A DNA stretch of 64,000 bases from Tubulanus polymorphus (lineage: Eukaryota > Animalia > Nemertea). A model generated the notes under the pieces. It ran no database searches, was not told where the DNA came from, and worked only from the letters and a program-made list of their open reading frames with translations. This document shows positions 49,540-62,479 of the stretch, piece by piece (position 1 is the first letter of the stretch; the number at the start of each line of letters is the position of its first letter). The stretch lies in assembly GCF_964204645.1 (NCBI RefSeq), contig NC_134026.1, positions 8,951,950 to 9,015,949 of the forward strand, written 5' to 3'. The translations under genes were made by a program, and so were the position numbers.

Positions 49540-49897
49540 AGTAATAGGGATAATAGGCTTTCATACCAAAGGTCGAACGGTCGAGCTCATAAAAAATAAA
49601 AAATAAATTCTCGCACACTCATATTTATTTTTCATTTTTTACTCACTAGCCCTTTCAACCTTTGATATGAAAGCCTATTATCCCTATTACTCTTAAAATA
49701 TTCATTTACATGGATAAAATATAGGTATGAATTACATATAAAAGTAATTAGAAAAGTGGGGTTTCAAGCCAGAGGTCGGAGGTCGAGCTCACTTATAAAT
49801 AGATATATAGATATATTTTAAACATATTTCAATATTTATATTTGTATGAGTTAGATTTTTAAACATTAAAAGTGTTACTAAAGTGTGATTGAAATAA

Positions 49898-49900
<3 letters not shown>

Positions 49901-49991
<91 letters not shown>
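49901..49991. repeat. (TA)n microsatellite
   Basis: Directly visible. Confidence 0.97.
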
Positions 49992-49994
<3 letters not shown>

Positions 49995-50707
49995 GATATA
50001 ATACATAGCATTTGCTTATACTAGAACATGATTCTATTTGAGCCTATATACATTTCATGTAAAGAGCTATGGAATAAATCTATAAATTCACAGCTGTCAC
50101 AGCTGTTACTATGACGCCGAGACATATGAGTCATAATACTGCAAACGCGTTAGATCATTCTAGAAATCGCACCGGAACTGAATAGATGATGCAACATAAC
50201 GCTTAGGATATTCTATCTCTCGAAACGCAATTAGGAGTTTATAGTTTACAATTCTAAATCTAAATGTAAGTACTGTTTTTTGTAGTTATTAGGGCTATTA
50301 AATATGAAACCTTTAGATATATTTAAGTGTATTTTGTATATCTTTTAGATAGCTAGAGTTACCATAACAGTAGACGGGGTTTATTGCGTAATAATTAATA
50401 GTTTCCGGTTTTTGAATTAAATGTAAGTACTGTTTTTTGTTGTTATTAAGAAGTCGGGAAAAGGGGTTACTAAATATGAAACCTTTAAGTGCATTTGACA
50501 ACTACAACTTCATACAGTTAATTCTATTTTACGTTAGATGGATAATAACTTGAACTATAATAAGTTATAATAATTAGAAACGATAGACTTGAAAATATTT
50601 ATATCATTTAATATCGTAGTTCCTGTTCTACCGCTGATATCTTTTAGTTGAATAAAATCAAGAAGTGATAGAGAACTCAAGATACTCCTTCTGAGGAATC
50701 AACAGCA

Positions 50708-51365
50708 ATGGAAGACGAACCAATGGAAATGGGCGCTGAAGTAAAAGAATCTCTAGATATAGACGACGAAACTTTAGAAGTTAAAAAACATTTAGATTAC
50801 CACCAAGAAATGACATTAATTTTTAAAAAAATAATAGAAAACCAGCAATCAAGCGTAACATCATTACCGAAAAGACCAACAACCAATGTAGAAATATTGT
50901 TAAGACTAAGAGGAACAAAAACTAAAAAGAAAATGAGTGGAAATGAGTTAAATAAGTTTTTAAAATCAAAATAATCAAATGAAACAGATGTAAGTTTTAA
51001 AGAAATAGAAGGTGTAACAACATTTAATGAAATAACTGTTTTATTGAAAAAAAAATTATTGAACCTTGTTATTTAAAAAAGCAAAGTATTTATGGGATTA
51101 TATCATTTTCGGGGATTATTTAAATTGGGGATTTTTAATGTTTAATAAACAAACTGCGGGGATTTCTTGGGCTTCTTGGGTTAAAAAATATATAAGTATT
51201 AGTGCCGGGCATGAAAGAAAATTAAGAAGCGTAGGGAGATTAATTACATATAAAAGATTCCAATTTTTAAGTTTGTCATTTTCTGATATAGTAAAATATT
51301 TAAACGATATTGAAAAAATGCTTGACAATGATCCAGAAATTGAAAAGTTCTGGTTGGAATTATAA
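50708..51365 (+). pseudogene. ORF A copy within the 7.4-kb element
   Basis: KKHLDYH...LWDYIIFGDYL...SWASWVKKYISISAGHERKLRSVGRL; function unknown. Confidence 0.65.
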
Positions 51366-52062
51366 ATCAAATGATGTATTAGTTGAAACTATAAATTTTG
51401 TCAATACAACGACCGAACATACTTGTATATGTATTGTGTAAATCTGCTTGGTGAATGTTCTATGTTCGGTCGTTTCAATTATGATTAGCGCATGCGCATT
51501 AAGCAAAAGCGCGCCTGTATGTGCGCTTTTGCCTAATGCGAACACATTTTGATATTTTATGTTCAGTCGTTTCTATTTGCATAATGAATATACAATTATG
51601 CGTTTGAATTTTCTATGATCGGTTGTTTCTATTTTACAGAATGAATATATAATTATGATTAGCGCATGCGCATTAAGCAAAAGCGCGCCTGTATGCGCGC
51701 TTTTGCCTAATGCGAACACGTTTTGATATTTTATGTTCAGTCGTTTCAAATATGATTAGCGCATTAAGCAAAAGCGCTCCTATAAGAGCGGTTTTGCCTA
51801 ATGCGAACACGTTTTGATATTTTATGTCGGTTGTTTCTATTTTACAGAATTTACAGAATGAATATATAATTATGATTAGCCCATGCGCATTAGGCAAAAG
51901 CGCGCCTGTATGCGCGCTTTTGCCCAGTGGTATGATTTAGATATCAAGGAACTGAAACGACTTATCAAAAGCAGCGAGGAATGAAAAAGGATGACGTTGG
52001 TCGAAGAAATGGAAGAGGATTCTAAAATATTAACCAATTTAGTAAAAAAATATGTATAATAA

Positions 52063-52735
52063 ATGGAACCAGAACAACCACAAACTATCAATATTACAAA
52101 TAACACTGGTGTTATAAATATATACTACAAGAAGTGTTCTAAGTGTGAATTAGATAAATTAGCTATAACAGAATTTAGTAAGCGTAAGATTAGCAAAGAT
52201 GGTTTTCAATATTGCTGTAAAACTTGTCTTAAACTATATACCAAACAATATCGGGAAGATAATAGAGAAGCTTATAATGATTATATGACAGAATATATGA
52301 GAGAAAGATATCAAACAGATCTTAATTTTAGATTGAAACAATGTTTAAGGACTAGATTAACACAATTATTCAACAAAGAAACACATTCAGAAACACTAAA
52401 CATCTAATTTGTTGGGTTGTACAGATAAATTTCTTAAATCATGGATAATATATCAATTAGATAGTCAAATGAATATAGATAATTATGGAGATTATTTTCA
52501 TATTGATCATACGTTACCGATATCTAAATTTAACATGAATGATGAATACAATAAAAAACTTATTTGGAATTGGAAAAATTTAAGACCTCTTGAAAAGAAA
52601 GAAAATTAAATAAAATTTAATACACTAGATTTACAGTTATATTTAGAACAGTTAACAAAGGCAAAGAAATTTATTGATCAATGGAACAATGATCCGAATA
52701 ATGAACAATACGTTGAATCTTTAATGAGTGGTTAA
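52063..52735 (+). pseudogene. CxxC + HNH-type endonuclease resembling those of large DNA viruses (frameshifted)
   Basis: KKCSKC...KDGFQYCCKTC, TDLNFRLKQCLRTRL, LGC, YFHIDHTLPISKF...WNWKNLRPLEKKEN. Confidence 0.75.
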
Positions 52736-53610
52736 AGATTAATATATCTCAAATAAAACATAATAAAAAAACAATAACTTCAACTATCCATTATTTCTAT
52801 TTGAATTTTTGATATTTTCTTTTACAATTCTTTTCAAAAGAGAATACTTTATATCACAAATAAAAAATACTAAAAAAACAATAACTAATACTAAAATTCT
52901 TTAACTGAACTAAGCTAGTATTAACCCAAAGAGATGCTAATATCATTTTATAATACTTATAATATTTTTTTCGCTTTTTTCTCTAATATAAATGTCAAAG
53001 AAATCGAGTAAGAATAATACCGATATTGAAAAAACATTAGATAATAAATGGATCAGTACCAAAAATCTTGATTATAGTTGTTTATTAGTTGATGTAGAGC
53101 CGTTTGAAAAACGGCAAATTCATCGTCTGCTAACCGCGTATATTGAAAACCGACTACTAGCGCCGCCGCCACAAAAGCGCAAATGTTTTTAATGTGATCG
53201 TGATTATTCAATATGGACTGAAATAATTCGGACAGGCGTTTTTCCTTCCTTTATTGATAATATATTGGGTTTCTAGAAGTAGGGCAAAATGTCAATTCGA
53301 AAGTAACGCCGTAGACAGAGAGCTGAGTTCTATTGTACTGCCGGGTAGCCCGGGGGTTGTTTAGGTTTTGGCTATGATAAGAAAATTGATAATTGACGTA
53401 TTTTTGTCAAGTAACCTAGCCTGAGGCCGTAGTGTCACACTGAGAGGCTTGATTGCGCATAGTAACTACAGGCGTCAATCTCGGGGATTCAGTATATTAA
53501 TTACCATACACGATGCCCGCGCGCAATTAGAATCTTATCAACGATGCGGTCTGTTTTGGTTAATCTAGTTCATATCTTTGCTGGTAGTCTTATGCTACAG
53601 ATGCAAAGAG

Positions 53611-55905
53611 GATGGCGGATGACTGAAGTCAAAATTCTACGCTCGCGAAAAAAGAGAAAAAACGAGTGATCGGAAAGAGATGTGCTGTTTGGGGATGCGG
53701 GAATACCAATGCTAATTCAGGATTGGGCATTCATGGTTTCCCAGATCGCGAGAAATCACCTGTGTGGTTTAAGTCATGGTGTAGCATTATCAAACACACT
53801 CGAGCAGATTTCACCTATACGAAAACCGGATCATTCGTATGTACGGACCACTTCGATGACGAGCAATGCAACCGAAAGAAATATAAAATGATGAAGGAAA
53901 TAAACCCGACTTGGTGATTTCAGTGGCTTCTCGAGCCAGGTGCTGTGCCATCCATTGCTAGAATGCCTAAGAAGCCAGTACACGGTGCTCCTGTTCCATC
54001 AACGTCATTAGCAGCGCGGCGGCAACGAGGGCCGGAATCAACTACTAAATCAGAAAATATGTCAAAACGGACAGCTGCCGAAAAAAGGACACGGAAAAGG
54101 GTAATTATCTTATTCTTAATGTTCGTTAATCTTTTTACCCTATTTCCATTTTTGTTTCTTTGTTTGATCAGGGTATTCTTTCATGTCCCGGCGCCGGTGT
54201 GACATTATCTGCCCAATAAATAAATTTGAATTTGACTTGACAAGCCACTCATGACTCAGTTGGCGGTCCCGGTGTAGTCTGAATATTGACCCCATAGGCA
54301 CATGTGGTTATGCCAGGGTAAACTTAGATAAGTGGTATGTGTATTTGAACAGCTTAGGAAGACTGAGTCGAGTGATATCAATTATCTAGGCCTACTTTCT
54401 ACAAAACAATTCAATCCAATTAAATTTATATCATCCGAGCAGTAGGCCTAAAACAAGTTTCACGATTCTGGAGGGTCCCCAAGCTACTACACACCCCATG
54501 GCCGAACTCCGTGCCAAAAAGAATGAATACTAATTGATATTCTGCTTATAATTTACATTTAGCGGGATTGAGAGTATGAATGATGAAGTCACTACTGATC
54601 CTCATTTGTGATTTCTCAGATTTTCTCAGTCTCGCTCTGTATCATTATGATTCCTTTGCTCAAAAGATGTTATGCATGTTGTATTTTGGCGCTACAACGT
54701 ATACGACAAGAGCCAATGCTGTCATTGATGATTTATGTCATGATCGATATTGAGTGATTTTTGATTGTCATACTTATTTCAGCTAGCCAATGATGCAATA
54801 TCAGACGATAGGTATGATGATAGAGAATTTCTTATGCATCAAGAGTCTGAAGCAGCTGAAGATGAAGGTGCTGGTGAAATCCATCATCAAGACCTTGATA
54901 CAGTACAGGTTAGTTTTGCTGCCCATATGATTGTCAATACTGAATTTTTCAAATGACTCCGACACAATTGGCTTATCAAAACCCATATCGAAATCAAGTT
55001 CGTACAATAAAAAATGCTGTTTTAACCCTAAAAGGACATTATCAGTAACCTCATTAAATAATTGAGGCCTACTATTATTTGTTTTGGCTGAGAAATGTAA
55101 ATCAATCGAAAATCTTATTTGTGTTATATTTTTAAGAAGTAGGCCCACTATAGGCCTATCACTCTTGGGTTGCAGTTTTAGCTGTCCGGTGAAGCCTTGA
55201 CAAAGCCTATGTAACGTGAATTAAATCATCTCTTTTTAGACCCACAGTAACAAGTCCGCTCAGGCAAACTTGAGGCCTCGACATAGATCGGCGGCCATTC
55301 AAGTGAATAGAAGACACAAAACGTTCGATAGAGGTATGTTCTAATGCTTTTATTCATTAGCAATGAGTTATGTTGATGTATTATATGGTAGTTATTGGGG
55401 TTTTTTTTCAATTATAGGGACTCAGAATGGTTCTCCGGTGATTGAAGTTCAAGAATCAGGATCATTGGATGTAGTCAATGCAGGTAAATAGACTCAGTTT
55501 CTCCTTTTGTGTTTGTGTGTTATCAGTCATACAAAATTATTCATTGAAGAGAATTTACTGATTCATGCCACATGAAGAATCCCTATAATAATTGTAGAGG
55601 CCCACTCAAATGTTGAAAAGCTTTTTTATTCAATGGAAGCAGTTATATTGATGTCAAACTATAGTAATGATTTGATACAATTACATGTCAAGGAGTTCAT
55701 ATTCAATTTTTTTTTTATTTATGAAGGAACCCAAACTGACAGTGAAGAGTTGTGGTTGTGAATGTGCTTGTGGATCAAAAAAACTAACCTGTAGTCGTAG
55801 ATCGTCCACCTCTGACATGGAAGACGAATATATCGATAACCCACATGATGTCGATTATACGCCAGATTCCGATAGTGAAGATGATGCAATAAGTGTCATC
55901 TATTG
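53611..55905 (+). mobile_element. Spliced THAP-domain gene fragment, probably the 5' part of a DNA transposon
   Basis: RCAVWGCGN...HGFP...W...VCTDHF...AVPSI (C2CH THAP with AVPS box); donor at ~54101, acidic exons at 54783-54908 and ~55728-55905; in-frame stop. Confidence 0.75.
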
Positions 55906-56704
55906 GTTTTGATTTAGTTAACTTATTATATTTTGTGTTAAAAACATGTAAAGTCATAAATATTATTTCATCAAATATTAAACCAGACCTTTCAAAATAT
56001 TTCTCTTCTATTTTATTTTTTACTTCATTATAACATTTATCTAATTTATCATCTATATGTTGTTTAGATATTATATGTTGTGAATGAGAATTTATATTAT
56101 ATATTGGTTTATCTTCAGATTTTATAAACTTTACTTTAACTGATATACTAATTTTAGAGTATTCAACATCAGTAATTATTTTTATAATATTTTTCATATT
56201 TTCTAAATGTTTTTTATTTTCTTCTAATGTTTTTCCTTTATGAAATTTAAACTCAATAGCTGCTGGACCAATATCACTTTTAAATGCTTCGTTATCTCTA
56301 TATCTTTTTTTATTATCTAATGAATTAATATAATTTCTTACATCTTCCATGTATGGTCTTTTATTGTTTAATTTATTTCTTATTCTTTTAATTGTCTCAT
56401 GTTTCTTATCATTATCAAAAAAATCTTCACCTAAAATATCATTATTCATATTTCTAATATGACTTTTAGATTTTAAATGTTCATTATAATATCTTTTATC
56501 ACTGAATGATTGATTACATGTATCACATTTGTATGTTTCTTTTTCATTCTTTAATTCATCTAATTTAGTTTCTAATATATCATCTTCATATTCTAGTTTC
56601 AATTTATTCTCTAAATGTGTTTTAGTTTTATTGTGTCTTGCTTTTTGAGATTTATCTATATTGATATTACATGTTGGACAGTAGTACTTCTTATTTGCTT
56701 CCAT
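55906..56704 (-). pseudogene. Zinc-finger N-terminus of a PolB-type ORF, truncated
   Basis: YYCPTC...HNKTKTH, YKCDTCNQSF...HLKSKSH, ERSGLIFDEIIFMTLHVF (same motif class as EGTGWRF at 48540); starts just inside the right hairpin. Confidence 0.7.
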
Positions 56705-58272
56705 TTTAATATCAAATTTTTTTTTTTAATTGATTTTAGAAGTTATTCATTTATATGTTATTCATATATATGAATATTTTAAGAGTAATAGGGGAAATAG
56801 GGGTTCAGGTTAAAGGTTGAAGGGGCGAGTGAGTAAAAAATGAAAAATAAATTCGAGTGTGCGAGAATTTATTTTTTCATTTTTTATGAGCTCGACCGTT
56901 CGACCTTTGGCCTGAACCCCTATTTCCCCTATTACTCGGGTTCCTAATTTCATACCTGTGTTATTCCATAACTTGAAGAGTTATGACAGTCATGAAATTA
57001 TTAGATCGTTGGGCTTGGTTGAATTTCGGGGGTATAAAATTTCAATGATCCCAACAAATACTGAAAAGTTTATCGGATTTTGGTTGGTGGTTAGTATGGC
57101 TTGTTATATTATTGTGGTTAATAATGGGTATTCTGCTTTTCCAGAGCCTTATTTCACCTTATTACACCTATTTTGAGTTACGGAAGTGAGATTTGGTGTC
57201 ATTTTTCCATGTCTAAGTTATGTAACGATAACTTCATGGACGTCTGTCATAAAGTAATTGGGGAGAAGGTCTTACTCAAATTAGGTAGATACCTCCTATC
57301 TGCCGTCAGAGGTGAATTGGGCCAATTACATAAATTTATGTACTGCTAGGAGGGAGGAGTTGCTTGTTAAAGTTCCCCTCCAGCAGAAAGCCTTGTACAC
57401 TAATTAAACTGCCGTGTTGGGCGGTTTCTTTTTTAGTTGTCTTGTCTTGTAAGTACACATAGTATGTTCATTGACATGTATTGCCCATTTGTATTTGTAT
57501 CCTAAGGTATCAAAAAATGAATTGAATTGTCTGACAGATGATGGCCTTTTATACTTGAACTCGGCCATGAACAACACTAATACACTTCGTACGTAGATCC
57601 AAACACGGCAAATTCCAAAAGCAGAGAGAGACTTGGATAAATGAAGAAAAATGCATAATAGGATCACGAAACGTTGACACATTGGTACCATGTATGAAAT
57701 TTCTGCATGAAATACAGCTAAATATAATAACTATGCTTGAAAGCACACTCGTAGTTTGAAATAGAACAGGGATCATTCATTTATTACGTATGCATGAAAT
57801 TTGACTTTCTCTACCATGTATGCAAAATCGGCCATTTTTTCATATACATTAAGCATTACAGTACACAATTGCACTTACCCCTCCACTAATGCGTACGTGA
57901 ATGAATTAATTATCCCACAATAATGAGATGATTATCATATCGTATGAGCAACGATTTTGATATAGATGTATATTGTCCTACTTTATTGTATATGTTGATT
58001 AGATTGTATTATATGGAAGCCCCGATACGACAACCAAATTACAGATAACGACTTACACAAATTAAAGATAACAACCCACACTTTAGAAATCCAATTTTAC
58101 GAGTTATGTTAACGATTACCCACCACCATGAACTCCCTACATTTTGTCAGTGCGGGCGAGGTCAAAGTTTTATATAATTACAGGAAGTGGTTATTTTGCG
58201 GGATATACGGTTATGGTCCACAAAAAGTTATCTAGTGAGCTGTTCACTGTTGTTGTTGGAATCTCTCATCGC

Positions 58273-58420
58273 TACGATGAATGAGCAGCAGCCTTTCTAG
58301 CTTTGCGTTTGTCCTTGAGCTTGTTGATGCGTTCGGCTTCGAAGGATATGAAAGCATTATGACAGTGGGTGCGCCAGAGCAATCTGTCCTGGGCAGAACG
58401 TTCCCATGTCTGTTCACTAA
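58273..58420 (-). mobile_element. RTE-clade LINE 3' fragment
   Basis: Alternative frame TWERSAQDRLLWRTHCHNAFISFEAERINKLKDKRKARK. Confidence 0.65.
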
Positions 58421-59349
58421 TGTATGGCTAAACACCAGCTCCAAAAAGATATTTTGCCATACCATACAGTATTTTCCGGCCAATGAGCCAAGGGCAGTTT
58501 TTTTACCCTGGTTTTCATAAAGCTTCACCCAACAAACCGAGGCCCTTAATCAGATATTGAAATTCGCTGATTTGTCGATTAATTTGTCGGTACAATTCAC
58601 CATTTTCTGGGACGTCAGGGGACACTTCTTAAGGTAGTGACAACCCTGAAAATTTGTAGGATAATAGAAAATGGTCTATGCTATATGTATAACATAAAAC
58701 ACCTGGTCTCCTGTCTGTCAGTTGAACACAGCCACCCCTCCCCTCTCCCCTTTTAATGGTTTAATATCTAGTGACACCCACAAAATCTTTTAATATGACC
58801 AATATTATACAATAAAATGGGTCTCTGAGCGGCTAGATTTTAAATTTTTTTTAATTAGACGCATGGAGAAGCATTCTGGGCACGATCAGAGTACAATTTA
58901 ACTCGCAATTTGAATAGTGATTTTCACAACTTTCATGAAAGATGTAGGACTGCCGAAAAAAGTGCTGGTAATTGTAAACGACGACATCAGTTTATGCATT
59001 TTCAGGGATTTTTCAGGGACTCACAACCCCAGCTCAACTAGAAACTTCAAGTAACTGTTTCTTATCTCCTGGATAAATATGTCTAATTGATTCTTTGCAA
59101 TCAAATAATTAAGCCCTCCAAAATCATTGAGAAAGTTAGTCTGGACACTTGAGGATGATAACAAGGCCTATAGTCCATTAATAACCATTGTTTAAACTAA
59201 TCTGACCAACAAGACAACTTCAGTATAAAATGCCAATCCATTGTGTACATAGTAATTAAAGCAATAATCTGCTGTGATTATCATCAAACAACACAATGCA
59301 TAATTCACTCTGTCTCACAATTCATGATGTAGGGGGCATACATTGAGAG

Positions 59350-60598
59350 AATGTAGAGAGAATCCCACAATTATAACGAAAAAGTCCGAAAATGAAACTT
59401 CGAGATAGTAGTTTATTTCAACGTTTCCACTATATCCTAATAGTCATCTTCAGGAATAATGAGAAACTACAAAAATTATGAGATATATATACAATCCAGA
59501 GACAAAGAGACTAATTCAAGTAATCAGAGATGATACAAACTAAAGGAAAATTAACGTAGAAACAGTTACACCCTAAAATAGATTAAAGGGAAGCAAACTA
59601 AGGGGTAATTATAAACAACAATAGTGAGTATAAATATAAATTAGAACTTGAAATCAGTACTAAAAAGACAAACTAGGGGGCACTTAAATTAAAACAATGG
59701 TGAAAACAAGTTGAGAGACTAAAATAGATGAGAGAACAGATAACAAAATATAGCTGCAAAGCAGCGATAACGGGTTTTCTGGATGCATGTGATCGAAAGG
59801 AAAAATTAATTAACGGGTATTCGATGGAAGAAATAAAATGAGATGATTTGGATATTATGGGAGCAATCCTCTTTTTGGTTGAATGGTCTAACCCCAGTAT
59901 AGTCCCCCGTGATTTGGAAATTCTCGGAGCCCTCCTTTATTTACTTACTAAATGACGTCACAAACTGTTATTTCGCCGGTGCTTGTTGTGTAATAATTCA
60001 ATTCAATTCTTTATTTACAGTAACCTAATAAGTAATTTTAAGTTTCAAATAGGATGGAAAGTACATTCAGACAATCTGTTGGTTCAGAGAGACCGTTATT
60101 ACAGTATCAATTTATACATTTCGTTTCGAAGCTTTCAGTTGCCGAATCTGAATGAAGATGAATTTTATTTGACGAAATCGGCGGAAAATATATAATAATA
60201 ATAATCAACAGAATTTCAAGAGGGTTTTCGACGAAAGTCAGAAAACCCTAATAATCAAGGGGAGTGTTGAGTTTAACCAGTTTACAAAGGAATTTAGATA
60301 TAAGTTTATTATGGGGTGAAAAACCATTGTTTAGGTTTACAACGTTGTTAGAATTTTCAATTATTAATGCAGATTCCAAAATATGTCTTTTAGTTTTATC
60401 GCTGCAAGGGTAAATTAATTCAGCATTAGCGAAATCAAAATTGTGTGAAGTCTGAAATACATGACTAGCAACTCCGCTTTCAGGTTTTAAGTTTTTTACA
60501 TCTAACTTATGCTCTTTTATGCGTTGATTAAGGTTCCGACCTGTTTCTCCTATATATACTTTGTCGCAAACTTTACAAGGTATTTTATAAATTATCAA
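59350..60598 (-). mobile_element. Penelope-like element 3' part (GIY-YIG endonuclease and pLTR-like region)
   Basis: IYKIPCKVCDKVYIGETGR.L..RIKEH...SGVASH...HILES; downstream CTGAAGA...GAAACGTTG...AATAAA. Confidence 0.88.
59415..59460 (-). ncRNA. Minimal hammerhead ribozyme-like motif of the Penelope element
   Basis: Minus strand CCTGAAGATGACTATTAGGATATAGTGGAAACGTTG: CUGAAGA core, ACTAT/ATAGT stem, GAAA and palindromic AACGTT. Confidence 0.55.
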
Positions 60599-61244
60599 TC
60601 GTGATTGAGAGAATGTTTGAAGAAAGGTCCTTTAGAAATAGGTGATACAAAATCCTCTGAGAGATACAATTGTCAGAATTTGAAGGGGTTTTGAGGGGCC
60701 AAGGGCTAAAACTCAGAATTTGAGGGATTTTATACCCTCAAAAATGGATTTTGGAATTTGAGGGTTTTTTGAGGGATTTGAGGGGCTGTAGGAACCATGT
60801 ATATTTATTTCAGAATGTCTAAATCATGGCAGTTAGAATTATTTGACCATAGACCAAATCTTGGTATCACTCATGAGGTATGTAACGCTAACTCCTTTAC
60901 ATAATTTGTCCTGGTCATCTCTGTATATATTTTATATGTTTCTTTTCTGTAGATGTACCTCAGCCGCCCAATGTTTTGGCCACACTCAAGTGTAAAGCAT
61001 TTGATGCGGCTGATAGTACGCTTGTGCAGATGTGTGAGAGTGCTGTGTAAATACTACTAATCACCACCCAGTGACTATGCTATAGCCTATATAGACTCAC
61101 TCAGGTGACTTGAACTAATATTTGTTGTGCCAACTACTACTTAATACACACAGCAGCCATATATTTTTTGCATCATGCATGATAGTGCAAATCATGCCAA
61201 AAGATGAACAGTTCAACTAGGCCTATAGATAAAGAGTCTGCATC

Positions 61245-61990
61245 ATAAAGGGTCAGCCAGTAGCATGGAATACGTTGGTACTGTCCGTATATTTTCTAGA
61301 TCGGAAGTGAAACGAGGTCTCCGTTACACCAAAATGTTAGGTGATGGGGATTCTTCGATATCCTCCGAACTCAAAGAGTGCCAGCCATATGGGGATCATG
61401 TAACAAAAGAAAAATTGGAATGTCTTGGGCATGTTCAGAAAAGATGTGGCACGAGATGTAGGACCCTCAAAGCAAACTGGCGTGGAAGAAAATTAACAGA
61501 TGGTAAGCCTTTGAGTGGATGTGGTCGATTAACAGATGCAAAGATAGATCTTTTGCAGAACAATTTTGGCATTGCCTTGAGAGACAACCACGAGTCTGTG
61601 GAAGCAATGCAGAAAGCAGTGTGGGCTAGCCTGAGACATGTCGCTTCTACTGATGAGATGCCGTTACACTCTGATCTGTGTCCAGTTGGTGAGGATACTT
61701 GGTGTGGCTTTGTGAAAGATAAAGACAGTTATACCCATAAGTATGGTCTAGCAGAACCTATCTTTAAACTGTTAGAGCCAATTTACAATGATCTTTCACA
61801 AAATAGCAACGTGCACCTAAACGGATGCGTATGGGAGCGTGTACCCAAATCAGTTTATGTGGAGCGTTTCGTATTAGAACTTGGCGTTTATTCTGCAGTT
61901 TGTAACCTTAACGATGGAGCTAGTGTGTGTGTAAAACTGTTTGAGGACTAAGATATTGTCCCGGGACGATTCACTGTAAGAGCTTGACGA
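61245..61990 (+). mobile_element. Mutator-like transposase fragment
   Basis: GSASSME...RSEVKRGLRYTKMLGDGDSS, KLECLGHVQKR, GRLTDAKID.LQ, CP....WC, W..VPK. Confidence 0.85.
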
Positions 61991-62479
61991 TCAATCGCGA
62001 TTCAAAAGTGCGGTGAACCTGCCAATAATAACAGGTTTTTCAAAAATTCATTTTTGGGTAATAAATATTGGGATTACTAAAATTTCCTTTGTAGTATCAA
62101 AATGAAAGTGGTACAGGCACTAGATGTTTGTTTGGAACATTTAACAGTTTACAGAATGAAGTTATCTCAAATACTTAGAAAATGAGATCCATTTTAGTGA
62201 ACTGCTGATATTTGTCAATTCTGCATGCAAATTAGGTCAAGTTTGCATAATTAGGGCACAATTAAAAAATTGTTTACTTTGATGAATTACATATTCTATA
62301 TCAATTGGATATAAGTTAGGTTCAATGGTTTAACGCCTTTATTAAAAGAAATAGAATTTGTGTGGTACTACCACCTTAAATATGCAGCTAAGGATATTCA
62401 CCATTGTAAAGAAAGTGATGAATTGGCAAGTGTTATTGACCTGGCCACAGAAAATCCAAGTCCATCCAAATTTATCTTG

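Larger units (their letters stand above)
49540..56936. mobile_element. 7.4-kb Maverick/Polinton-related element with hairpin TIRs and 6-bp TSD
   Basis: TSD CGGGTT at 49534-49539 and 56937-56942; AGT...ACT ends; ~165-bp TIRs each folding into a ~150-nt hairpin. Confidence 0.88.

Noticed and set aside
53410-53495. RNase MRP-like fragments
   Set aside because: Conserved GGAAAGTCCCCGG-type core absent and region too short.
58244-58528. 94-aa ORF as a gene or the missing DNAJC21 exon 1
   Set aside because: No J-domain sequence; another frame matches an RTE LINE tail.
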